In this document: in pieces, positions 20,428 through 30,805 of the stretch
Layout: each line of letters opens with the position of its first letter
Numbering within the stretch: position 1 is the stretch's first letter
Source: Promethearchaeota archaeon
GTDB lineage: Archaea > Asgardarchaeota > Lokiarchaeia > Sigyniarchaeales > SOKP01
Assembly: GCA_019057795.1 (NCBI GenBank)
Contig: JAHLWS010000022.1
Coordinates: 13,729-77,728 of the forward strand
Length of the DNA stretch: 64,000 bases
Reading direction: 5' to 3'
The notes under the pieces: model-generated
Database searches by the model: none
What the model was told of the DNA's origin: nothing
The model's input: the letters and a program-made list of their open reading frames with translations, nothing else
Translations under genes and position numbers: made by a program

Positions 20428-21529
20428 ATCATTTCAGGATTTAATAAAGGAAGTACATGATATAGGCATTTGTCAAGAATGTGGTGGCTGTGTAAGTTTT
20501 TGCAGCTCAGCAGAATATAATATTATTGGATTTAAAGACCAATATTCGCCTCCAGTATATATTAACGAAGATAAATGTCTTGAATGTGGAATATGTTATT
20601 ATATTTGTCCACAAACGCATATTTTAGACGATGATCTCAACAAAACATATAAGTTTTCTGATTATTCTTCTATGCCAATCGGATATTACGAGGATATATA
20701 TTCGTGTCAAGCCACTGATGAGGAATTTTTAGAGTATGGAACTGATGGCGGTGTAGTGAACTCAATAATAAATTATTTGATAGAGAAAAAAATGATTAAT
20801 GGAGCAATTGTTTCGAGAACTGATGCTCCTTTTTCCAGAGAAGCAACTTTTGCCGATAATAAACCTGATTTAATAAGATCTTCTGGAACTAAATTGGATA
20901 TCTCGCCTCATTTAGACGAAATACAGAAGTTTAGTACTTATACTCATTCAATTCCAGAATTGAATCATTATAAATTCAAAAAATTAGCGGTAGTGGGTAC
21001 TCCTTGCCAATTATATACGATCAGGTGTATGCAAGATTTAGGAGTGACTCCTTCTGAAAATGTTGAGATATGTCTTGGTTTATTTTGTTATGAAAATTTC
21101 TTTTTTGAAAAATCGCAGATAAAGAAATTTGAGAAAGATTTTAACATAAAATTTTCTGACATTGTTAAGATCAACATCAAAGAGGATGTGATTTTTAGAT
21201 TAAAGAGTGAAGGAACAGGAGAAAAAATAATTCATATTCCATTTAATCATTTAAAAGAGTATATGCGTCCAGCCTGTAACGCTTGTGATGACTTCACTAA
21301 TATTTTTGCTGATATCTCATTTGGAGGGTTAGGCTCACCTGATAAATATACTACTGTTATACCTCGAACTGAGAAAGGCAAAAGTATTTTATCTCAGGTA
21401 ATTAATGCTGGAATAATTAATTGCTTAGATTTAGATTCAAATAAAAAAGATAAAATGACTGAGTTAATTTCCCAATTTTCTCAATCAAAAATTAAACGTA
21501 AAGAAGATTTTATGAAGAATATAATTTAA
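20417..21529 (+). CDS. FrhB/FdhB-family F420-binding subunit
   Basis: CQECGGC, CLECGICYYICP, TDGGVV, VGTPCQ, LGLFCYE, CNACDD..NIFADISFG. Confidence 0.88.
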   Translation: MSTKSFQDLIKEVHDIGICQECGGCVSFCSSAEYNIIGFKDQYSPPVYINEDKCLECGICYYICPQTHILDDDLNKTYKFSDYSSMPIGYYEDIYSCQATDEEFLEYGTDGGVVNSIINYLIEKKMINGAIVSRTDAPFSREATFADNKPDLIRSSGTKLDISPHLDEIQKFSTYTHSIPELNHYKFKKLAVVGTPCQLYTIRCMQDLGVTPSENVEICLGLFCYENFFFEKSQIKKFEKDFNIKFSDIVKINIKEDVIFRLKSEGTGEKIIHIPFNHLKEYMRPACNACDDFTNIFADISFGGLGSPDKYTTVIPRTEKGKSILSQVINAGIINCLDLDSNKKDKMTELISQFSQSKIKRKEDFMKNII

Positions 21530-21542
21530 AGAGGAGTCTATT

Positions 21543-22814
21543 ATAGTAGAATCAAAAAGAGATATTGAGAGAAAAAAGTTATTTGGAGATACCTTAGATT
21601 ATTTAGACAAAATTTATGAACCAGATTTAAGAAAGTTATTAAAGAGATGCTATCAATGCGGGCGGTGTAGCGGAGTTTGTCAATTAAGTAAAGTACAAAT
21701 ATATACTCCAAGTAAAATTATTCAATTAATTTTAGAGGGTTTTGAAGAAAAAGTATTAAAGAGCGAGGTATTATGGGATTGTTTAACCTGTAATCAATGT
21801 CTCAAAGATTGTCCAGAGGAAATAAACTTTGCAGATCTTGTTAGAATGGCCAGATATAAGATGAGACATTCAGCAAATCAAAATATTGATGAATCTATAG
21901 CACATAAAGGAATATATACGATGATTTCAGAAATAATGAGTCGTCCATATATTAATCCTGATAGATCTCTCGAATGGATTCCTAAAGGTTGCAAAATATC
22001 GGAGAAAGGTAATATTTTATATTATGTTGGTTGTTTACCTTTTTTTAATTACGAATTTGATAATTTAGATTCTATAGCAAAAAGTACGCTACAAATTTTA
22101 TGTAACGTCGAAAAAGAGCCTATAGTTGTTTTTAAAGATGAAATTTGTTGCGGACACGATATATACTGGGGTCAAGGAAAGTTAAAAACATTTATTAAGT
22201 TAGCAAAAAAAAATATTGAAATGTTTGAGAAAGCAGGAGTCTCTACTATCGTAACTGCATGTGCTGAATGCTATAGAACTTTTAAGATTGACTATCAAAA
22301 AATTTTTGAAGATTTTAACGAAAAATTTGAAGTAAAACATATTATTGAATACATTTATGAGATGTGGAAGGAAGGTAAAATAGAATTTATAAATACGAGT
22401 CAACCTGAAGAACAAATTTCATTTACATATCACGATCCATGTAGATTAAGCAGGTTTTTACCCAAAGAAAATAATATTACTGAAAATGTTCGGGAAATAT
22501 TTAAGGAATTCAATAAATTAGGTTATAATTTTAACGAGATGGAACATAATAAATCAAACTCGTTATGTTGTGGTGTGAATTCTTGGATGAATTGTAATGA
22601 GAAATCTAAAGCTCTTAGATATAAAAGAATGTTAGAAGCCAAATCTGCTGGTACGGTGCTGGTAACTTCCTGCCCGAAATGTGGGATTCACCTCTCTTGT
22701 CTCCAAAATGATATCGAAGAAATTTCTTCAGTAAAAATTTTAGATTTCTCCGAGTTTTTAGTAAATCATATTAAAGTTATTGAATCCAATAGAAAAAGTG
22801 AGGAACAAAAATAA
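21543..22814 (+). CDS. HdrD/GlpC-like Fe-S oxidoreductase (HdrC-like 2x[4Fe-4S] domain plus CCG domains), non-canonical start
   Basis: The frame is open upstream of ATG 21846 through CYQCGRCSGVC and WDCLTCNQCLKDCP back to a TAA at 21522. The only plausible starts are ATT 21540 or ATA 21543, after the SD GAGGAG (21531-21536). CCG motifs ICCG, HDPC, LCCG, TSCPKC. Confidence 0.85.
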   Translation: MVESKRDIERKKLFGDTLDYLDKIYEPDLRKLLKRCYQCGRCSGVCQLSKVQIYTPSKIIQLILEGFEEKVLKSEVLWDCLTCNQCLKDCPEEINFADLVRMARYKMRHSANQNIDESIAHKGIYTMISEIMSRPYINPDRSLEWIPKGCKISEKGNILYYVGCLPFFNYEFDNLDSIAKSTLQILCNVEKEPIVVFKDEICCGHDIYWGQGKLKTFIKLAKKNIEMFEKAGVSTIVTACAECYRTFKIDYQKIFEDFNEKFEVKHIIEYIYEMWKEGKIEFINTSQPEEQISFTYHDPCRLSRFLPKENNITENVREIFKEFNKLGYNFNEMEHNKSNSLCCGVNSWMNCNEKSKALRYKRMLEAKSAGTVLVTSCPKCGIHLSCLQNDIEEISSVKILDFSEFLVNHIKVIESNRKSEEQK

Positions 22815-25800
22815 TGGAAGGGTCGGTATTGGTTATTGGCGCTGGTATTGCTGGAATCCAAACATCTTTAGATCTAACTGAACTTGGATTTAAAGTTTAT
22901 CTCGTAGAAAGATCGCCTTCAATTGGCGGAAGGATGGCTCAACTTGATAAGACTTTCCCTACAAATGATTGTAGCCTCTGTATTTTAGCTCCGAAAATGG
23001 TAGAGGTGTTTAGAAATCCTAATATTGAGCTAATGACTTATCACGAAGTTAAAAAAATTAGTGGAGATCCTGGGAATTTTACCGTCACTGTTCTAAAAAA
23101 GCCACGTTATCTTGACGAATCCTTGTGCAAGGGATGTGGTGATTGTGCGACAAAATGCCCCAAAATTGAAGTTCCTAATCTCTTCGATATGAATCTTGGC
23201 AAAAGAAAATCAATTTACATACCCTTTCCACAAGCAGTCCCTCCAGTATACCTAATTGATCCCGAGCTTTGCCTTAAGATAACTAAAGGTGTGTGTGGAG
23301 TCTGTCAAAAAGTATGTACGGTTGAAGCGATAGACTTTGAGCAAAAACCTAAAGATATTATTATTAATTGTGGAGCCGTTGTTGTAGCAACGGGATTTGA
23401 TATGCCCGCTGAAAAATTAATTTCAAGATGGGGGTATCGATACCAAAATGTAGTGAGCGCTTTAGAATACGAAAGAATATTATGTGCCTCAGGTCCGTTT
23501 GAAGGTCATGTCTTACGCCCTAGTGACCAAAAAGAACCTGAGAAAATAGCTTTCGTTCAATGTGCGGGATCAAGAGATTTACACGAGAATGTTCCTTATT
23601 GTTCGAGCGTGTGTTGTATGTATACTGCAAAGGAGGCAATTATTACTAGAGAACACTCAGATAATGCTGAATGTTTTGTTTTTAGACACGATATCAGAGC
23701 ATACGGAAAGAATTTTTATGAATTTACCCAAAGGGCTCAAGATGAATATGGTGTAAAATATTTTCAGACAAAAATAAGCACTATAAAAGAAGACCCGGAA
23801 ACAAACGACTTAATTATTCACTATGAAGATTTAAAAAATGGAACATTTAATGATTTTCGAGCTAATTTAGTCGTTTTAGCTACACCATTAGTTCCTACAA
23901 AAGGAACAGAAGAATTAGCAAGCATCTTAAAAGTTGAATTAGACAAATACAATTTTTTTAAAGAAAAATCTTATTTTAATAAATCCTTGTCATCAAAAGA
24001 GGGAGTTTTTTTATGTGGTTTCTGTCAAGGACCAATGGACATACCCGAAACTGTCGCTGACGCAAGTGGAGTAGCATCTCAAGTCGCAGTGTTACTAAAT
24101 TCAGTAAAATTTAACGAAATTAAAGAAAAGAAATATGATGAACCTGAAAAGGAAATAAAGATAACCGACGACCCTCGTATAGGAGTGATTATCTGTCACT
24201 GTGGGATTAACATTGGAAAGTATGTTGATGTTTCTAGTGCTGTAGATTATGTTAAAACATTACCTTATGTTGTTCATTGTGAAGCTAACTTGTATTCATG
24301 TTCTAGTGATTCCCAAGTAAGAATAAGAGAATTGATAAAAGAACATAATCTTAATAGATTTATCGTAGCTTCTTGTACGCCAAGAACCCATGAGTCATTA
24401 TTTCAAGAAACCTGCTTAGAAGCTGGATTAAACAAATATTTATTCGAAATGGTTAATATACGCGACCAATGCAGTTGGGTTCATATGAATGAATATGAAT
24501 TTGCCACTGAAAAAGCTAAAGATTTGATACGAATGGCTGTGGCTAAAGCGCGTTTACTAAAACCTCTTACTGAAACAAAATTAGATATTACCCCAAACGC
24601 TTTAGTTATTGGTGGTGGTGTATCTGGTATGACTGTTGCCCTCAATCTTGCTAATCAAGGATTTAAAACATATATCGCTGAAATAGAAGATAAGTTAGGA
24701 GGTAATCTTAACAACCTTAATATTTTATATCCAATCCACGAGGAGGCTTCAAATTTTTTAAAAGAGATTATAAACAAAGTTGAGAAGAATAAAAATATCC
24801 AGGTTCTCCTCGAGTCAGATATTAAAGAAATTAAAGGATTTATCGGTAATTATAATGTTGTTATTAACGCATCAAATCAAAAAGTTCACGATTTAAAAGT
24901 TGGTACAATTATTATTGCTACTGGAGCTCAAGAGTTAAAACCAGAAGGTATTTTTCAGTATAGCAAAAATAATAAAAATGTAATTACTCAATTAGAATTA
25001 GAAAAAAGATTGAAAGAAAAGGATAAAGCTTGGCTCGACAACATAAATCGCATAACGATAATCCTCTGTGTCAATTCAAGGCAAAAAGAAGGAATAACTT
25101 ATTGCTCAAATATTTGTTGTGCAGTGAGTATTAAAAATATTAGTATTTTAAAAGAAATAAAACCAAACCTCGAAATTGTTGTTTTGTACAGAGATCTCCA
25201 GATGGCTAAAAAGGAGTATGAAGAATACTATCGTAAACGTAGAAAAGAGGCTATGTTTCTGAGATATGATTTAGAAAACATACCAAAAATAGTGAAAAAA
25301 AGTGGTAAATCCGAAAAATATCAAGTATCTGTATTTGACACGAATTTACAGGATAATCTTCAATTTGATACAGATTTAATTGTATTATCAACTCCTATGA
25401 TCCCCTCTGACAATTTAGAAGGATTAGCTAGGATGCTAAAAGTACCATTGGATAAAAATGGGTTTTTCTTAGAAGCACATGTTAAGCTAAGACCTTTAGA
25501 TTTTGCTACAGATGGTATTTTTTTAAGCGGATGTGCTCAATGGCCAAAGAACATTCAAGATTCAATTTCCCAAGCTAATGGAGCTGCGGGGAGAGCAAGT
25601 AGATTTTTAAGCGCTAAAACAATTACAAGCTCAGGATTGATAGCAGAAGTAAACCCAGAAAGATGTATAGGTTGTGGGAAGTGTGTATCCGTTTGTCCAT
25701 ATAATGCTATTGAACTTAAGGAGGCAATTATGGACTTTGAAGAAATTAGTTTAAAAGTTTCAAAATCCTTTATTAACTCAGCAATGTGTAAAGGCTGCGG

Positions 25801-25900
25801 CACTTGTGCGGCAACATGTCCAAACGGCGCAATATCTGTAAAGCATTATGATTTCGATCAAATTTATGCTATGATAGAATCTTATTTATTAGAATCGTAA
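22814..25900 (+). CDS. hdrA: Large HdrA-like polyferredoxin flavoprotein (Cys form, two FAD domains)
   Basis: Two GxGxxG FAD motifs, DKTFPTNDCSLC, internal RIGVIICHCGINI...CTPRTHE domain, C-terminal ferredoxin. Confidence 0.92.
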   Translation: MEGSVLVIGAGIAGIQTSLDLTELGFKVYLVERSPSIGGRMAQLDKTFPTNDCSLCILAPKMVEVFRNPNIELMTYHEVKKISGDPGNFTVTVLKKPRYLDESLCKGCGDCATKCPKIEVPNLFDMNLGKRKSIYIPFPQAVPPVYLIDPELCLKITKGVCGVCQKVCTVEAIDFEQKPKDIIINCGAVVVATGFDMPAEKLISRWGYRYQNVVSALEYERILCASGPFEGHVLRPSDQKEPEKIAFVQCAGSRDLHENVPYCSSVCCMYTAKEAIITREHSDNAECFVFRHDIRAYGKNFYEFTQRAQDEYGVKYFQTKISTIKEDPETNDLIIHYEDLKNGTFNDFRANLVVLATPLVPTKGTEELASILKVELDKYNFFKEKSYFNKSLSSKEGVFLCGFCQGPMDIPETVADASGVASQVAVLLNSVKFNEIKEKKYDEPEKEIKITDDPRIGVIICHCGINIGKYVDVSSAVDYVKTLPYVVHCEANLYSCSSDSQVRIRELIKEHNLNRFIVASCTPRTHESLFQETCLEAGLNKYLFEMVNIRDQCSWVHMNEYEFATEKAKDLIRMAVAKARLLKPLTETKLDITPNALVIGGGVSGMTVALNLANQGFKTYIAEIEDKLGGNLNNLNILYPIHEEASNFLKEIINKVEKNKNIQVLLESDIKEIKGFIGNYNVVINASNQKVHDLKVGTIIIATGAQELKPEGIFQYSKNNKNVITQLELEKRLKEKDKAWLDNINRITIILCVNSRQKEGITYCSNICCAVSIKNISILKEIKPNLEIVVLYRDLQMAKKEYEEYYRKRRKEAMFLRYDLENIPKIVKKSGKSEKYQVSVFDTNLQDNLQFDTDLIVLSTPMIPSDNLEGLARMLKVPLDKNGFFLEAHVKLRPLDFATDGIFLSGCAQWPKNIQDSISQANGAAGRASRFLSAKTITSSGLIAEVNPERCIGCGKCVSVCPYNAIELKEAIMDFEEISLKVSKSFINSAMCKGCGTCAATCPNGAISVKHYDFDQIYAMIESYLLES

Positions 25901-25919
25901 AAATAAAAGCTAAATAATC

Positions 25920-26357
25920 ATGCCAAAAGCAAAGAGAAAAGTAATAAAACAAGAGTTTAATCCAGAGCTACTAGTGTTTTGTTGTAATTGGTGCTCTTAC
26001 GCGGGAGCTGATTTGGCAGGGGTTTCTAGATTTCAATATCCGCCGAACATGAGAATTGTTAGAGTTATGTGCTCTGGAAGAGTTGAACCTTCTTTTATTT
26101 TAAAAGCTTTAAAGGATGGGGCAGATGGGGTCTTAATAACTGGATGTCACATTGGAGATTGCCATTACATAAGCGGTAACGAGTTTACGAAAGAAAGGTT
26201 TGAAAGATTACATAAAATAATAATTAAGCAATTGGGTATAAACGAAAAACGCGTTAGGTTGGAGTGGGTGTCTGCTTCTGAAGGTAAGCTTTTTGCTGAA
26301 TTAATTACAGAGTTTACGAACGATATAAAAAGATTAGGGCCGTTAAAAGTTTTTTAA
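25920..26357 (+). CDS. mvhD: MvhD hydrogenase iron-sulfur subunit (Cys form)
   Basis: FCCNWCSYAGADLAG, VMCSGRV, GADGV..GCHIGDCHY..GN, WVSASEG. Confidence 0.95.
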   Translation: MPKAKRKVIKQEFNPELLVFCCNWCSYAGADLAGVSRFQYPPNMRIVRVMCSGRVEPSFILKALKDGADGVLITGCHIGDCHYISGNEFTKERFERLHKIIIKQLGINEKRVRLEWVSASEGKLFAELITEFTNDIKRLGPLKVF

Positions 26358-26685
26358 GAAAATAAAGATGATTTTCTATTATAATTATTATATTAGTTTT
26401 TTAGTCTTAATCGTTTTGATATTAAATTCAAATTGTTAGAATTAGATCATTCTTTTCTGGTAGAATCTTTAATCTTGATCATTACAACACCTTTTTTGTC
26501 GTAAACAGATCATTTAAACACGAATCATTATCAAAACTCGCCAAGTTTGGTGCATAATATTTATATAAACATTTTTACTTATTTATTGATTAACCAAACT
26601 TTTCTTAACTCATTTGTTAAGAATTATTATTTAAAAATGAAAAGATTTTAAGGTATTTTTAATTAAAAAAGGAGCGTTATGAATA

Positions 26686-29448
26686 ATGGAAGGTTCTGTG
26701 TTGGTTATTGGTGGAGGAATTGCTGGAATTCAAACTTCTTTAGACCTAACTGAGTTAGGATTTAAAGTTTATTTAGTAGAAAAAGAGCCCACAATAGGAG
26801 GTCATATGGCTCAATTTGATAAATTATTTCCCGCACATGATTGTAGTTTATGTGTCCTAGCTCCCAAAATGGTTGCAATATATAAGAATCCTAATATTGA
26901 ACTATTTACTTTATCTGAGGTAAAAATGGTCTCTGAAAATTCTGGGACTTTTACAGCAACCATAGTTAAAAAGCCACGATATATCGTAGAAACAAAATGC
27001 AAAGGATGTGGTGACTGTGCAGCACGCTGCCCAAAAATTGAGGCCCCAAATCTATTTGATATGAATTTAGGGAAAAGAAAATCAGCGTACATTCCATTTC
27101 CACAAGCCATCCCTCCAGTTTACCTAATAGATCCTGAATTATGCTTATTTTTGAACCGGGATGTATGTGGGGTTTGTAAAAAGGTTTGCAAAGGTGAGGC
27201 AATAGATTTCAATCAGGAACCTCAGGAGATTAAATTGAAAGTTGGAGCAATTGTAATAGCTACTGGTTTTGATATGTATGGTGAAGAATTATCTGAACAT
27301 TGGGGATATCAATATAAAAACGTTGTTAACGCTTTTGAGTACGAAAGAATCATATGTCCTACTGGACCATTTGGTGGTAATATATTACGTCCTAGTGATG
27401 AAAAAGAACCTGAAACGATTGTATTCATACAGTGCGTCGGTGCTGGTTATAAAGAAAAAAGTGTTTCGTATTGTTCGCGAGTATGTTGTATGTATACTGC
27501 TAAAAATGCAATACTGACAAAGGAATATTCGGAAAACATAAATGTTACTGTTTTTAGGCATAATATCAGAGTTTTTGGTAAAAACTTTTATGAATATACA
27601 AAAAAAGCTCAAGATAATCATGACATTAAATATTATCGCACTAAAATTAAAGATATTGAAGAAGATTCAGAAACTAATGATTTGATAATTCATTATCAAG
27701 ATTTGAAGACAGGTGAGAAAAAAGAATATAGAGCGAATATGGTAGTTTTAGCGGCACCATTAGTTCCCTCAAAAGGAACAAATGAATTAGCAAAAGTTTT
27801 AAATGTCGATCTAGATAATTATAATTTCTTTAAATCAAGATCTTTCTATGATAATTCTTTATCTACGAGAGATGGAATCTTTTTATGTGGATTCTGTCAA
27901 AGCCCAATGAATGTATCAGAAACAGTAAGTCATGCAAGTGGCATAGCAGGACAAGTAGCGGTATTATTGAACGATGCAAAATATTCCCAGATTATAGAAA
28001 GAGATATTGCTATACTTCCAAAGGAAGAAATTATAAGTATTACTCCAAAAGCGTTGATAATAGGCGGTGGAATTTCAGGAATGACCGCAGCATTAAACAT
28101 TGGATCTCAAGGATTTCAAACAATTATAATCGAAAGAGAGAAAATATTAGGTGGAAATTTAAATCAGATTAATATTATCTATCCTGGTCAACAGCCAGCT
28201 TTTGAATTTGTCAAAAGTATTAAAGAGAAAGTTAACAAGCACCCTAATATCAGCGTGTACTTAGGATCTAAAATTAAGAGTATTGATGGTTCAATTGGTA
28301 ATTATGAGATAAATTTTGATGATAAAAATGAAAAAACTCATATCGATACAGTAGGAATAATTATAGTGGCTACTGGAAGTCAAGAGTTAAAACCGCATGG
28401 AAATTTTCAATATAGTAAAGAAAATGAGAATATAATTACTTTATTAGAATTGGAATTGAGACTAAAAAAGCAAGATATGGCTTGGCTTGATGAAATAAAT
28501 CATATTACAATCTTTTTATGCGTAGAATCGAGGCAAAAAGAGGGATTTTCTTATTGTTCTAATGTATGTTGTAGTAATGCTATTAAAAACATAAAAATCT
28601 TAAAAGATCTTAAGCCAAACCTCGAGCTTTTAGTGCTCTTTAGAGATCTTCATATGGCTAAGAAAGAATTCGAAGATATTATGAGTGAAAGAAAAAAAAT
28701 AGCTAATTTTATGAGATATAATCTAGAAAATCTACCAATGATAATTAAAATAAACCCAAATCCTGAAAAGTATAAAATAAACCTATATGATGATACCAAT
28801 CCTAATAATATTCTCGATTTTAAAACTGATCTTATAATATTATCTACTCCTATGGTTCCACCTGATGCTATAGAAGATTTATCAAGTATGCTTAATGTTC
28901 CTTTAGATAAAAATGGTTTTTTTATTGAAGCTCATAATAAATTACGACCTTTAGATTTTGCTACAGAAGGTATTTTCATATGTGGTTGCGCTCAATGGCC
29001 AAAGAACATTCAAGATTCAATATCACAGGCAAATGGAGCTGCAGGTCGTGCAAGTAGATTTTTAAGTATAAAAGAAATATCAACGACAAAATTAGAATAC
29101 CTTTCTTTTATGCTAGCAATTGAGTGTTTCTTCAAAGATATGATTGTAAACCCAGAGAAATGTAATGGATGCGGTCAATGTGTTGAAGTATGTCAGTTTA
29201 AAGCGATTTCAGTCATAGATTCAAAAACGGAGTATGAAGATGTGAGTTTACTTGTTAATAAAGCCTTTATTAATCCTGCTATATGTAAAGGTTGCGGAAG
29301 ATGCGCTGCAGTTTGTCGATTAAAGGCGATTGATGCCAGACACTATGATTTTAAACAAATCTCCGCAGTTATGGATCCTTATTTCTTAAAAAAAGTAAAA
29401 AGTGAAGAAAGCTTGAAAGATAAAGAAGGAATTATCGCTATGAATTAA
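26686..29448 (+). CDS. hdrA: HdrA-like flavoprotein, paralog of 22814-25900 lacking the internal CHCG...CTPRTHE domain
   Basis: Colinear with the 1028-aa paralog (MEGSVLVIG..., WPKNIQDSISQANGAAGRASRFL) but about 130 aa shorter in the middle. Confidence 0.88.
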   Translation: MEGSVLVIGGGIAGIQTSLDLTELGFKVYLVEKEPTIGGHMAQFDKLFPAHDCSLCVLAPKMVAIYKNPNIELFTLSEVKMVSENSGTFTATIVKKPRYIVETKCKGCGDCAARCPKIEAPNLFDMNLGKRKSAYIPFPQAIPPVYLIDPELCLFLNRDVCGVCKKVCKGEAIDFNQEPQEIKLKVGAIVIATGFDMYGEELSEHWGYQYKNVVNAFEYERIICPTGPFGGNILRPSDEKEPETIVFIQCVGAGYKEKSVSYCSRVCCMYTAKNAILTKEYSENINVTVFRHNIRVFGKNFYEYTKKAQDNHDIKYYRTKIKDIEEDSETNDLIIHYQDLKTGEKKEYRANMVVLAAPLVPSKGTNELAKVLNVDLDNYNFFKSRSFYDNSLSTRDGIFLCGFCQSPMNVSETVSHASGIAGQVAVLLNDAKYSQIIERDIAILPKEEIISITPKALIIGGGISGMTAALNIGSQGFQTIIIEREKILGGNLNQINIIYPGQQPAFEFVKSIKEKVNKHPNISVYLGSKIKSIDGSIGNYEINFDDKNEKTHIDTVGIIIVATGSQELKPHGNFQYSKENENIITLLELELRLKKQDMAWLDEINHITIFLCVESRQKEGFSYCSNVCCSNAIKNIKILKDLKPNLELLVLFRDLHMAKKEFEDIMSERKKIANFMRYNLENLPMIIKINPNPEKYKINLYDDTNPNNILDFKTDLIILSTPMVPPDAIEDLSSMLNVPLDKNGFFIEAHNKLRPLDFATEGIFICGCAQWPKNIQDSISQANGAAGRASRFLSIKEISTTKLEYLSFMLAIECFFKDMIVNPEKCNGCGQCVEVCQFKAISVIDSKTEYEDVSLLVNKAFINPAICKGCGRCAAVCRLKAIDARHYDFKQISAVMDPYFLKKVKSEESLKDKEGIIAMN

Positions 29449-29494
29449 TTAATAAAAAATTAAACAAAAAAATTAGAGAGTAAATTAAATTTTT

Positions 29495-30718
29495 TCAACT
29501 TTTCTTTTTGTTATCAAATTTTTTTATTGATGTATATAGTAATGTTAATACAAGAAGTAGTACCAAAGAAACAATAAGAATTATCATATATACTAAGGAA
29601 ATTCCTCCAGTATTAAAAAAAGGTTCAAAAGTCGTTGGAACGAAAGCAATTCCGATAAATTGAAACGCCGTAGTTAAACCCGCGAGAGCACCACGTCTTT
29701 CTATTGATAAAGTCTGGCTATAAAACATAACTAATGTCATTAATATACCCCCGGCGAAACCCATAAAGATAAGTCCTAAGGAAGTGAACGGAAGCGCTTC
29801 GAAACTGTTATTACCGAATAATACTAAAATTATATTAGCAATAAATAATGAAATCAATCCAATCGTTAAAGCAAGTTTTACGCCTTTTTTCTTAATAGTG
29901 AATCCCGTAAAAATACCCCCAAAAAAACCCATTACTCCGAATAAAGCAATGACTATTCCTGAAATCGTCTCGGGGATTATATGCGTAAATGATCGCGAAG
30001 TCCAGATTATAGTAGCAATAGAAGTATGTGATAGTAAAAATGCAGATATAACCAATAAGATAACTGGTAAGCGACGAATTTCTTGAGCTAAATCGGTGAA
30101 AAATGCTCGAATTTCGGCATCACTTTTAGTTACTGATTGATTTCTTCTTAATGAAAAAATAATCAGGATTCCTAATACTGTCATACTCAAAAATATTAAG
30201 TACAAATATCTCCAACCTATATTAATTATTAGACCTGCAAGTAATGGTCCAAAACCGACTCCTAAATTAGCAACAGCACCTAACAAACCTATTTTTTTGG
30301 AAATTTTAGGTCCAGGAGTGATATCTGTAAGCAAAGCTATTAAAACAGGATTAACAAAACCGAAACCAATTCCTGCTAAGACATTTGCAATAACAAAAAC
30401 CGTCAACGAGAAGGATAACGATGCTACGATCATTCCTATTCCAAAAATAGATAAACCTAAAAGAATCACCGGAAAACGACCTTTAATATCTGAAAGAGCT
30501 CCTGAGAATAGTTGAACTAAGGCAAATGGGAACATAAACGATGGAATAGCAATCAATAACGCGCTTGGAACTACTGAAAATTCTAAAGAAAGAACACCAA
30601 ATAAAACTAAAATGACATTTCCGGTAAGGGGACCTAGCGCAAAAAGTATAAAGATAATTACTTCGATTCGCTTTGAAGTTTTTTTCATTTCCATATTCAT
30701 GACGATTAATCTATTCAT
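29495..30718 (-). CDS. MFS transporter (multidrug/Bcr-like)
   Basis: About 12 TM helices, GALSDIKGRFPVIL motif A. Confidence 0.88.
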   Translation of the reverse strand: MNRLIVMNMEMKKTSKRIEVIIFILFALGPLTGNVILVLFGVLSLEFSVVPSALLIAIPSFMFPFALVQLFSGALSDIKGRFPVILLGLSIFGIGMIVASLSFSLTVFVIANVLAGIGFGFVNPVLIALLTDITPGPKISKKIGLLGAVANLGVGFGPLLAGLIINIGWRYLYLIFLSMTVLGILIIFSLRRNQSVTKSDAEIRAFFTDLAQEIRRLPVILLVISAFLLSHTSIATIIWTSRSFTHIIPETISGIVIALFGVMGFFGGIFTGFTIKKKGVKLALTIGLISLFIANIILVLFGNNSFEALPFTSLGLIFMGFAGGILMTLVMFYSQTLSIERRGALAGLTTAFQFIGIAFVPTTFEPFFNTGGISLVYMIILIVSLVLLLVLTLLYTSIKKFDNKKKS

Positions 30719-30805
30719 TTTTTAACAAGTATATAATAAAAAATATGTGTCTAATATTAAACTCTGTGCATTAAAAAATAAAAAAAAGAGAGAAATTAGT
30801 TAGAT

